A stretch of 64,000 nt of DNA from Macrostomum lignano (lineage: Eukaryota). The notes under the pieces are model-generated. The model saw only the letters and a list, made by a program, of their open reading frames with translations. It did no database searches and was not told the DNA's origin. The position numbers and the translations under genes are program-made. This document shows positions 35,634 through 46,784 of this stretch, piece by piece (within the stretch, counting starts at the first letter, position 1; each line of letters begins with the position of its first letter). Where the stretch lies: the NCBI GenBank assembly GCA_002269645.1, contig NIVC01002293.1, positions 184,259 through 248,258 of the forward strand, given 5' to 3'.

Positions 35634-38600
35634 ATGGCCGACCGCAAAGCAGAGCTGGAGCGCAAGAAGGCGCAATTGGCTGCGATGCGCGAGAAGCGCA
35701 AGATGGAGGAGAAAAAGAAGCTGGCGAGCGGCGGTGATGCGGCCACTCCAAGCCCTGGCGAGGCCGGCACCCCGAGCGATTTGCGCTCCGAGACCGAGGA
35801 GCTGCTGAAGAATCTCGGCATTGCGCCCGAGACGTCTACGGAGCCTGCGGCTGGGGCAAGCGGAGGTAAATCCCCATCTCAAATCTCAGCAAATCCGCAT
35901 CTCAAATCTCAGCAAATCTCCATTTTAAATTCCTCAAATTCAGAAAATCCCCACCTAAAATCTTAGCAAATCCCCATCTCAAATCTCAGCAATCCTAATT
36001 TCAAATCTCGGCAAATTCCCATCTGAAATCTCAGAAAATCCCCATCTCAAATCTCAGAAAATCCCCATCTCAAATCTCGGCAAATCCCCATCTCAAATCT
36101 CGGCAAATCCCCATCTCAAATCCCATCTCAAATCTCGGCAAATCCCCATCTCAAATCTCGGCAAATCCCCATCTCAAATCCCATCTCAAATCTTGGCGAA
36201 TCCCCATCTGAAATCTCAGCAACTCCCATCTCAAATCTCAGCGAATCCCCATCTCAAATCTCAGCGAATCCCCATCTCAAATCTCAGCAAATCCCATCTC
36301 AAATCTCAGCGAATCCCCATCTCAAATCTCAGCAAATCCCATCTCAAATCTCAGCAAACCCCCCCATCTCAAATCTCAGCAAATCCTAATCTCAAATCTC
36401 GGCAAATCCCCATCTCAAATCTCAGCAAATCCTCATCTCAAATCTCAGCAAATCCCCATCTGAAATCTCAGCAAATCCCCATCTCAAATCTCAGCAAATC
36501 CCATCTCAAATCTCAGCGAATCCCCATCTCAAATCTCAGCAAATCCCATCTCAAATCTCAGCAAATCCCCATCTCAAATCTCAGCAAATCCCCATCTCAA
36601 ATCTCAGCAAATCCCATCTCAAATCTCAGCAAATCCCCATCTCAAATCTCAGCGAATCCCATCTCAAATCTCAGCAAATCCCATCTGAAATCTCAGCAAA
36701 TCCCCATCTCAAATCTCAGCAAATCCCCATCTCAAATCTCAGCAAATCCCATCTGAAATCTCAGCAAATCCCCATCTCAAATCTCAGCGAATCCCCATCT
36801 CAAATCTGAGCAATCCGAATTTGCAGCCGCTGGCGGCCCCGAGAGTCCCCGCTCCAGTCCAAAACGAGAAGCCGGTGTAGGCGCCAAAAAGCTGACCGTT
36901 TCCCAGGTGACGCAGACCACTGTGGTTGCTAAGGAGACCGTCAACTATTGCAAGGAGACGCAGACCATGAATCTGGAGCCCGAGCGAGACGGTGAGTCTG
37001 CTTTGATTTGCTTTGATTTCTTCTTGTGGTGCAAAGTTCCTAGTGCTTGCTTTCTAGCTATCAGTTATTCTCTAGGCTATAAATATCCCAGTAGCTGGGC
37101 CAGTCTCCAAGACTGTCAGTTGCTGGGCCAGCCAGCCTCCGAGAGTGTCAGTTGCTGGGCCAGCCAGCCTCCGAGAGTGTCAGTTGCTGGGCCAGCCAGC
37201 CTCCGAGAGTGTCAGTTGCTGGGCCAGCCAGCCTCCGAGAGTGTCAGTTGCTGGGCCAGCCTCCCAGATCCCCAGTTGCTGGTCCAGCCTCCCAGATCCC
37301 CAGTTGCTGGTCCAGCCTCCCAGATCCCCAGTTGCTGGGCCAGCCTCCCAGATCCTCAGTTGCTGGGCCAGCCTCTCAGATCCCTGCTGGGCCAGCCTCT
37401 CAGATCCCTGCTGGGCCAGCCTCCCAGATCCCTGCTGGGCCAGCCTCCAAGATCCCTGCTGGGCCAGCCTCCCAGATCCTCAGTTGCCGGGCCAGCCTCC
37501 CAGATCCTCAGTTGCCGGGCCAGCCTCCCAGACCCCCAGTTGCTGGGCCAGCCTCCCAGATCCTCAGTTGCCGGGCCAGCCTCCCAGATCCTCAGTTGCT
37601 GGGCCAGCCTCCCAGACCCCCAGTTGCCGGGCCAGCCTCCCAGATCCTCAGTTGCCGGGCCAGCCTCCCAGACCCCCAGTTGCTGGGCCAGCCTCCCAGA
37701 TCCTCAGTTGCCGGGCCAGCCTCCCAGATCCTCAGTTGCTGGGCCAGCCTCCCAGACCCCAGTTGCTGGGCCAGCCTCCCAGATCCTCAGTTGCCGGGCC
37801 AGCCTCCCAGACCCCCAGTTGCTGGGCCAGCCAGCCTCCCAGAGTGTCAGTTGCTGGGCCAGCCGAAAAATGCAGTGCAGTCACTTGAATATAGCAAAAC
37901 TTATTGCGCAACCAATTTGTCACACGTCAGGTCGGTTTTCGGAATATTATGGTGAGCGAGTTTATTTCCGCATGAATCAGCTGTTGTCAATCCCGACTTG
38001 ACTTCACTTAAGCAAGCATGCCAATTTCTGCACGTATTTGTTTTAACTTCTGTTTATCACGCGTAGTTTCTTGCAAGTTGTTCCTCGTGTCTTGAAGCTT
38101 TTGTTGTATAGAGAAATAAATGTTGGCAAATAAAAATGTATTTTTGAGATTATTTAATTGTTAGATTGTGATTATTACTGATATTTTTTCCTTTTAGACT
38201 CGATTCTCTGTCCGTTAGGGTCATTCTCCTTCCCATTAGGGTCATTCTCCTTCCCATTAAGGTCATTCACCTTTCCATTAGGGTCATTCACCTTCCCATT
38301 AGGGTCATTTACCTTCCCATTAGGGTCATTCACCTTCCCATTAGGGTAATTCTCCTCTCCATTAGGGTAATTCTCCTCTCCATTAGGGTAATTCTCCTCT
38401 CCATTAGGGTAATTCTCCTCTCCATTAGGGTAATTCTCCCTCACATTAGGGTCATTCACCTCTCCATTAGGGTCATTCTCCCTCACATTAGGGTCATTCA
38501 CCTCTCCATTAGGGTCATTCTCCCTCACATTAGGGTCATTCACTTCCCATTAGGGTCATTCTCCTCTCCATTAGGGTCATACTCCTTCCACTAGAGTCAT

Positions 38601-41600
38601 TGTCCTTCCACCAGGGTTATTTTCCTCTCCATTTGGGTCATTCTACCCTATATGTCATATCCCTTGCCTATAACGGGCATTCTCCTTTAAAAAATGCCAA
38701 TCCTATGTTTTTAATAAGATTTTTTTGCAATCTTAATTTCTCTGGTCCTTCTAAAAACGTTATGAACAACCCCAAGCTGCTGTGTTAGTTACGATATTAT
38801 TTTGCACTAGTTTAAAATGATACTCAATGCTCAACAATAACCGTACCCTATACTACAAATGTACTATATAAATTTCACGCCATTGTTTATCCCTTCAAAT
38901 GTTGAGAAAACATTACAATCAAGCCTAATTTTACCCGGAATTTCTGCACTTTGTATGTAAAACATTTGTTTCTCTTTACACAATCTGATTAGCCATGAAA
39001 GGGAGAGAGAAACTTCCCGCAATCTGATTGGCCAAGAGAGGGAGAAGAAGTTTCCCGCGATCCGATTGGCCAGGAGAGAGAGAAGCTTCCCGCAATCTAA
39101 TTGGTCACGAGAGGGAGGCTTCCCGCAATCTAATTGGTCATGAGAGGGAGAGAGGCTTCCCGCGATCTGATTGGCCAGGAGAGGGAGAGAGAGGAGCTTC
39201 CCGCAATCTCATTGGTCCCATATGCATAGCTCCAATTGATTGACTCATTCCCCCAGTGCTCACCTACGACGAGTCGGAGCGCGAAGGCGAAGGCGTCAAC
39301 GCGGCCGAGGCCCTAGCTGAGCTTCAGCGCATGCCGCACGTCCAGGAGCTGGTGGCCGCCGGAGCAGCCGCAGACGGAGCCGCGCCAGTTGCCGCCGAGC
39401 CGGAGAAGCCGCGCGAACTGTCTGACGAGGAGAGGCAGCAGATTCTGCTTAGCGAGTCGTTTGTCAGATTCTTTGATAAGACCGCCAGAGTCATGGAGCG
39501 GGCACTGGCCGAGGATGTGGACATTTTTATCGACTATTCTGGCGGCTCCGGGGACACGGAGCTGGGAGAAACCGCCAAGCAGCAGGTGAGGATTGGAGCT
39601 GATGACTTTTGTGAGATCGCAAAACCACAAGATTCTCCGATACATCCCGAAATTTTCTAAAACCCTACTTCCCAAAAAGGTATCCATTTATTTCCCAAGA
39701 TCCCCATTCACTTCCCAAGATCCCCATTTCCTTCATAGAATTCTCATACGCTTCCCAAGATCCCCTTTCCCTTTCAAAGATCCTCATTCATTTCCTTAGA
39801 TCCCTGTTCGCTTCCCAAGATCCCACACGCTTCCCAATATCCCTATTCATTTCCCAAGATCCCCATTCCTTTCCCAAGATACTCATTTCCTTCCCAAGAT
39901 TCTCATACGCTTCCCAAAATCCCCATTCGCTTCCCAAGATCCCCACACGTTTCCCAAAATCCCCATTTCCTTCCCAAGATTCTCATACGCTTCTCAAGAA
40001 CCCCATTCATTTCCCAAATTCTCATACGTTTCCCAAAAACCCCATTTGCCTCCCAAGATCCGCACACGTTTCCAAGATCCCCACACGCTTCCCAAATCCC
40101 TAAATATTTCTCTAAAATACTCATTCTCCATAAACTAATGCACACATTTCTCTAGATGCTCTACTGGATACCCACTTAATCCTTCGAGACATTCTCAGCA
40201 CTCGCAGCCAATCTTTGCCGAACTGTAGATTGCTCTCCATTGCTCTGTTCGGTGACAAATGCGCTGCAATATGATTGGCCGTTGCTCTCAGCTTTAGTAC
40301 GCCGCACAGTGCGGCTGCAATAAATTGATTGTGACGGATACATCCATTGTGCTTGGTTGAGATGTGATTTGAGGCATTTTGAGCATTAGTGGGCTTGGAT
40401 TGTGTTGGTTCAGGTTAGCTAAGTTTCCTAGTCTAGCCTAGCCTAGTCTATATTTAGGTTGGCCTAGTCTAGATTTAGGTTGACCTAGTCTAGATTTAGG
40501 TTGGCCTAGTCTAGATTTAGGTTGGCCTAGTCTAGATTTAGGTTGGCGTAGTCTAGATTTAGGTTGACCTAGTCTAGATTTAGGTTGGCCTAGTCTAGAT
40601 TTAGATTGGCCTAGTCTAGATTTAGGTTGGCGTAGTCTAGATTTAGGTTGACCTAGTCTAGATTTAGGTTGGCCTAGTCTAGATTTAGGTTGGCCTAGTC
40701 TTGATTTAGGTTGGCCTATTTTAGATTTAGGTTGGCCTAGTCTAGATTTAGGTTGGCCTAGTCTATATTTAGTTTGGCCTATTCTAGATTTAGTTTGGCC
40801 TATTCTAGATTTAGTTTGGCCTATTCTAGATTTAGGTTGGCCTAGTCTAGATTTAGGTTGGCCTAGTCTAGATTTAGGTTGGCCTAGTCTAGATTTAGGT
40901 TGGTCTAGTCTAGATTTAGGTTGGCCTAGTCTAGATTTAGGTTGGCCTAGTCTAGATTTAGGTTGGCCTAGTCTAGATTTAGATTGGCTAATCGAGTCTA
41001 CCCGGACCACTCCCGCCCAGGTGAAGCAGCAGCGCGTGTTCTACGACGACCGCTGGTCCCGCAACCGCTGCGTCACGGCCCTGGACTGGTCGCCGCACTT
41101 CCCGGAGCTCTGCCTGGCCGCCTACAACGCTAACGAGGACGCGCCGCAGGAACCCGACGGTGTCGTCTGCGTCTGGAACGTGAAATTCCGCAAGGACAGT
41201 CCCGAGTTCGTGTTCCACTGCCAGTCGCCAGTTACCTCGGCCTGTTTCGCCAAATTCCATCGCAACCTCATTGTTGGCGGCACCTACTCTGGCCAGGTGG
41301 TGCTGTGGGACAACCGGACACCCAGGCGGACTCCCGTGCAGCGGAGCCCGCTGAGCTCCACTGCTCACACCCAGCCAGTGCTCAGCGTGTGCGTGTTGGG
41401 CAGCGAGAATGCTCACAACCTGGTGTCGGCCAGCAGCGACGGCCGGCTGTGCACGTGGAGCCTGGACATGCTGTCCCAGCCGCAGGAGACGCTGGACCTG
41501 CAGCGCCAGAATCGGCCCGTGCCGGCCACCTGTCTGGACTTTGCGCCAAGCGACGCCAATCATTTTGTGGTTGGCAGCGAGGATTATTCAATGTACACCG

Positions 41601-44600
41601 GCTGCAGGCACGGCGCCAAGGCTGGCATTATGGATGCGCTTGATGGGCACCAGGTGCGCGCCGCCTAAGTTTTTAGGGATTTTGAAGAGTTTTTAAAGGA
41701 TTTTTGGATGTCTCTAGGGATTTTGGGGAGTTTTTAGGGATTTTGGAGAGTTTTTAGGGATTTTGGAGAGTTTTTAGGGATTTTGGAGAGTTTTTAGGGA
41801 TTTTGGAAAGTTTTTAGGGATTTTGGAAAGTTTTTAGGCATTTTGGAAAGTTTTTAGGCATTTTGGAAAGTTTTTAGAGATTTTAGAAATGTTTAGGGAT
41901 TTTGGAGAGTTTTTTAGGAATTTTGGGGAGTTTTTAGGGATTTTGGAGAGTTTTTAGGGATTTTGGAGAGTTTTTAGGGATTTTGGAGAGTTTTTAGGGA
42001 TTCTAGAAAGTTTTTTGGGATTTTGGAGATGTTTAGGGATTTTGGAGAGTTTTTAGGGATTCTAGAAAGTTTTTTGGGATTTTGGAGATGTTTAGGGATT
42101 TTGGAGAGTTTTTAGGGATTCTAGAAAGTTTTTTGGGATTTTGGAGATGTTTAGGGATTTTGGAGAGTTTTTAGGGATTCTAGAAAGTTTTTTGGGATTT
42201 TGGAGATGTTTAGGGATTTTGGAGAGTTTTTAGGAATTCTAGAAAGTTTTTTGGGATTTTGGAGATGTTTAGGGATTTTGGAGAGTTTTTAGGGATTTTG
42301 GAGAGTTTTTGGGATTTTGGAGATGTTTAGGGATTTCGGAGAGTTTTTAGGGATTCTAGAAAGTTTTTTGGGATTTTGGAGATGTTTAGGGATTTTGGAG
42401 AGTTTTTAGGGATTCTAGAAAGTTTTTTGGGATTTTGGAGATGTTTAGGGATTTTGGAGAGTTTTTAGGGATTCTAGAAAGTTTTTTGGGATTTTGGAGA
42501 GTTTTTAGGGATTTTGGAAAGTTTTTAGGGATTCTAGAAAGTTTTTTGGGATTTTGGAGATGTTTAGGGATTTTGGAGAGTTTTTAGGGATTCTAGAAAG
42601 TTTTTTGGGATTTTGGAGATGTTTAGGGATTTTGGAGAGTTTTTAGGGATTCTAGAAAGTTTTTTGGGATTTTGGAGATGTTTAGGGATTTTGGAGAGTT
42701 TTTAGGGATTCTAGAAAGTTTTTTGGGATTTTGGAGAGTTTTTAGGGATTTTGGAAAGTTTTTAGGGATTCTAGAAAGTTTTTTGGGATTTTGGAGATGT
42801 TTAGGGATTTTGGAGAGTTTTTAGGGATTCTAGAAAGTTTTTTGGGATTTTGGAGATGTTTAGGGATTTTGGAGAGTTTTTAGGGATTCTAGAAAGTTTT
42901 TTGGGATTTTGGAGATGTTTAGGGATTTTGGAGAAAGTTTTTTGGGATTTTGGAGATGTTTAGGGATTTCGGAGAGTTTTTAGGTATTTTGGAGAGTTTT
43001 TAGGGATTCTAGAAAGTTTTTGGGATTTTGGAGATGTTTAGGGATTTCGGAGAGTTTTTAGGGATTTTGGGGAGTTTTTAGGGATTCTAGAAAGTTTTTT
43101 GGGATTTTGGAGATGTTTAGGGATTTCGGAGAGTTTTTAGGGATTTTGGGGAGTTTTTAGGGATGTTGGAGGGTTTTTAGAGATGTTGGAGGCAGTGGTC
43201 CCAGTGAGGCGCGAATGCTCAAATTTTACAGCAATGGCGCGAATTTTTCGCAACTGATTGGCGCGAAATTTTTGAAAGTTCATGCTTCTACGAAGGGTGT
43301 CCCTAAAGTTCCCGGAATTTCTATCATTGCTCCACAGTTACTAATCATATTTTCACGTCCTTGGTGTTAAACGAAAGATAAATTTCTCATAAAAATGTAG
43401 CTTTTTGAATCACGTCAATATGTCTAAGCATCTCTTTGCTACACATAAAATGTTCGCTAAGGTCGGTACTAGGGTTACACATCCTCGAGTACATTTTGAA
43501 GTTATTTTGTTCGTGGTAAATGGATTTAAATTCGTGCCACAAACGTGTAAAACTTGTCAATGTCTATGGCCTGGCCTGCGGACATCAAAATCTTAGGAAC
43601 AAGTGGCGTCGTTCTGGCGAGAACATGATAATGCTCCACCCCATACTGCGGAAAGACGAAGATTTAGGAGGAAGATCGAAGCAGTTTAACTTTGAGTTGC
43701 TGCCTCACCCGCCATACTCGCCAGATTTGGCACCTGCCAATTTTGCAATTTTCCCCCAAATAAAGAAAATTCTTCGCGGCTGGGTTTTTCAAAACCGAAG
43801 TGAACTTGAAAGCCTCACTCGCCACGTCATCCTCTACGAAATGCCTCTCTCTGCGTTTGCCGAGGCCATCAACGCCATGTGGTCCAGGTGGCAGAAGTGT
43901 GTGCATTTGGATGGCAACTATGTGGAGAAGCCACAGGCCGAGTTGGATGAGTAAATTTACAATTGCACTATTCTTACTGCTGACTAACTTGAGATTCGGT
44001 CAAAGTTACTGATTAAAATTATCCACGTTTCTTTTCTTCACTGTTTTACGAATATCACTGTTTTTATTCCAAAGGCTCTCGAGGATGTGTAACCCTAGTA
44101 AGGACCTTTAGAACATGGAAGAACAACCAAAGGGGATAATTGGGAATATTATGTCAACTTAAGTTAAAAAAATAGAGTCCCTAATTATCCCCTCTCTTTC
44201 TCTTCTCTATCCCAAGTCCAACTTTTGTCACTTGCCGAACCCAGCTTTCTGGTGTCACTGTGAGCAGAATGACATCATTTGTGTACATGGTTACTTGGGC
44301 TCCACTTTATGAGCTTAAGTTGACAAGCCCTTTTTATTTGTAATCCTTGGTTGCTGGAATCATTAATTTCTGAAAGCAATGTAGGTGGTAGACTAAAATT
44401 GACTATCAGGTGGTTGTGGTTGCATCAAACATCAACACGGTTTGCACTTTCGCTGACATTTTTGTCACAGTGTAGCGCGTACCTAAAAGAATTACAGTGC
44501 ACCCTTTTCAAGGTTGTGCGCGCCATATGATTTTGATCTATGCACGAAAAAAAATAGAATGGTGCGAAAAATCTGTGCCCTACTCGCTGGGACCACTGGT

Positions 44601-46635
44601 TGGAGGGTTTTTAGGGATGTTGGAGGGTTTTTAGGGATGTTGGAGGGTTTTTAGGGATGTTGGAGGGTTTTTAGGGATGTTGGAGGGTTTTTAGGGATGT
44701 TGGAGGGTTTTTAGGGATGTTGGAGGGTTTTTAGGGATGTTGGAGGGTTTTTAGGGATGTTGGAGGGTTTTTAGGGATGTTGGAGGGTTTTTAGGGATGT
44801 TGGAGGGTTTTTAGGGAAGTTGCAAATTGAAGAGCATATCGGAATTTTACGACTGTACTACAAACACTTTTAAAAATCTTCAAGATTTCCATAAGCCGAG
44901 GGAAGCACCCTGGTTACACAGCTGTAGGTTGCAAAGTTACAAAAAAGTTATTTAACACAGCGCAGCCAATCTTTGCCGAAGTGCAGAACAATTAATAATA
45001 CATTGCTCGCTTCGGTGACAAATGCTCTGCCAAATTATATTTTGAAGGCGCCTTCTGCTGTTTTGCTGGCGGGGCCCTCTTTTTACCCGCGCGCACTGCC
45101 CGCTGTTTAAGTCTCAGCACATCTGGCTGCTTGGCGAGTGCGATGGGACAGTCTGGCTCTCTTGTAGTCTGGGAAGCTGCCGATTGTTCGAGGGTTGCTG
45201 GCTCGTCCGAGATGAGAGCTGGGGTAGAGTACCGTAGGAAGGATTGAGGGAGAGTAGAGAGGATTGAGGGAGAGTAGAGGTGATTGGGGAGAGTAGAGGT
45301 GATTGGGGGAGAGTGGAGGTGATTGGGGGAGAGTAGAGAGGATTGGGGGAGAGTAGAGGTGATTGGGGGAGAGTAGAGGTGATTGGGGGAGAGTGGAGGT
45401 GATTGGGGGAGAGTAGAGGTGATTGGGGGAGAGTAGAGAGGATTGGGGGAGAGTAGAGATTGGGGGAGAGTAGAGAGGATTGGGGGAGAGTAGAAGGATT
45501 GGGGGAGAGTAGAGAGGATTGGGGGAGAGTAGAGAGGATTGGGGGAGAGTAGAGATTGGGGGAGAGTAGAGATTGGGGGAGAGTAGAGAGGATTGGGGGA
45601 GAGTAGAAGGATTGGGGGAGAGTAGAGAGGATTGGGGGAGAGTGGAGGTGATTGGGGGAGATTAGAGAGGATTGGGGGAGAGTAGAGATTGGGGGAGAGT
45701 AGAGATTGGGGGAGAGTAGAGAGGATTGGGGAGAGTAGAGATTGGGGGAGAGTAGAGAGGATTGGGGAGAGTAGAGATTGGGGGAGAGTAGAGAGGATTG
45801 GGGGAGAGTAGAGGTGATTGGGGGAGATAGGGAAGTTTGGGGAAGAGTAGAGATGATGGGGATAGATCAGAGATGGTGGGAAGAGATGGGAGATGGTGGG
45901 AAGATATGAAAAAACATGGGGAGAGATGAGATGATGAGAAAGTAGGAGATGATATGTAGAGACAGAAAAGACAGGGAGAGATGAGAGAAGATTAAGAGAG
46001 AGAGTGGAGACAATGGGAGAGAGTATAGAGAGTTGGGAAGAGAAGGGAGCATAGAGTGGAGAGCTCTATACAATAGGGCATCAATCACCCAGCAGTGCCG
46101 TGCATGCAGTTCACTGCAACCCCCCCCTCGGCAACTCCAGGGCCCCGTGTCGGCCGTGGCCACCCATCGCGCCACCGGCCCAGTCGATCTCGGCCACATC
46201 GTCCTGTCGGCCTCGTTCGACTGGACTGTCCGCCTTTGGTCTCTCCGCGACCTCGGCACGGTTCACGTGTTCGAGGAGACCTCCGACTACGTGATGGACC
46301 TGTGCTGGTCGCCGGTGAACCCGGCCCTGTTCTGCGCCGCTGACGCCCTCGGCCGGCTGGACTTCTGGCAGCTGAACTTGGACACCGAGCAGGCCGCCGC
46401 CAGGGCCCAGTGCGACGCGGCCGTCAACCGTTGCCGGTTCAGCGACTCCGGCCTGCTGCTCGGCGCCGGCGACCACCTCGGCCGGCTGACCGTGTTCGAG
46501 CTGGCGGACAGCCTGGCCTCGCCGCGCCAGGAGGAATGGAAGCTGCTTGGCCGGACCCTGCACGAGCTCAAGCAGGCCACCGCTGAGCTCGCTGCCGCCG
46601 AGCAGGACCCGCCCGGCGTCGGCCCAATTCGCTGA
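35634..46635 (+). CDS. DYNC1I: Cytoplasmic dynein 1 intermediate chain, 5 exons, 617 aa
   Basis: Exons: 35634-35865, 36827-36991, 39257-39585, 41021-41653, 46141-46635 (1854 nt, phases compatible). N-terminal helix [17 protein letters not shown]8-type motif YCKETQT, Roadblock region [16 protein letters not shown], and WD40 repeats ([38 protein letters not shown]). Confidence 0.96.
35868..41000. repeat. Series of intronic minisatellites in dynein IC introns 1-3
   Basis: ~23-bp AAATCCCCATCTCAAATCTCAGC (35868-36810), ~28-bp GCTGGGCCAGCCTCCCAGATCCTCAGTT (37110-37865), 21-bp CCATTAGGGTCATTCTCCTCT (38215-38600), ~33-bp TTCCCGC/ATTGG unit (39000-39220), TTCCCAAGAT units (39690-40100), 21-bp CTAGTCTAGATTTAGGTTGGC (40430-40990). 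Confidence 0.9.
43193..44598. mobile_element. Non-autonomous hAT-type element, 1406 bp (second copy at 50398-51803)
   Basis: 16-bp TIRs CAGTGGTCCCAG(T/C)GAG and an 8-bp TSD GTTGGAGG (43185-43192, 44599-44606). Inserted into a minisatellite. No hAT transposase inside. Confidence 0.85.
43469..44098 (+). mobile_element. Nested 630-bp TA-flanked element carrying a mariner transposase C-terminal fragment (second copy at 50674-51303)
   Basis: Perfect 21-bp inverted repeats CTAGGGTTACACATCCTCGAG, each bordered by TA. Internal ORF 43520-43954 contains [30 protein letters not shown]...[15 protein letters not shown], with the third catalytic D replaced. Confidence 0.7.
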
Positions 46636-46784
46636 GTCGGCCGCGCCTGGGGGACTCGAACTCGGGACCTTCTTTGACTTGGGGGTTGCTGGGTCTGCCG
46701 GTTTTTTGCTATTTTTCTTTGGTTACCCGGTATTGATATTCCTAAGCTTGCAGGGTGTTTTGTTGGGGTCTGTTTGGGTTACCG

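Larger units (their letters stand above)
41668..45830. repeat. Minisatellites of dynein IC intron 4
   Basis: TTTTAGGGATTTTGGAGAG family with a ~61-bp higher-order unit (41668-43190), 20-bp GTTGGAGGGTTTTTAGGGAT (44600-44818), and GATTGGGGGAGAGTAGA family (45240-45830). Confidence 0.9.
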
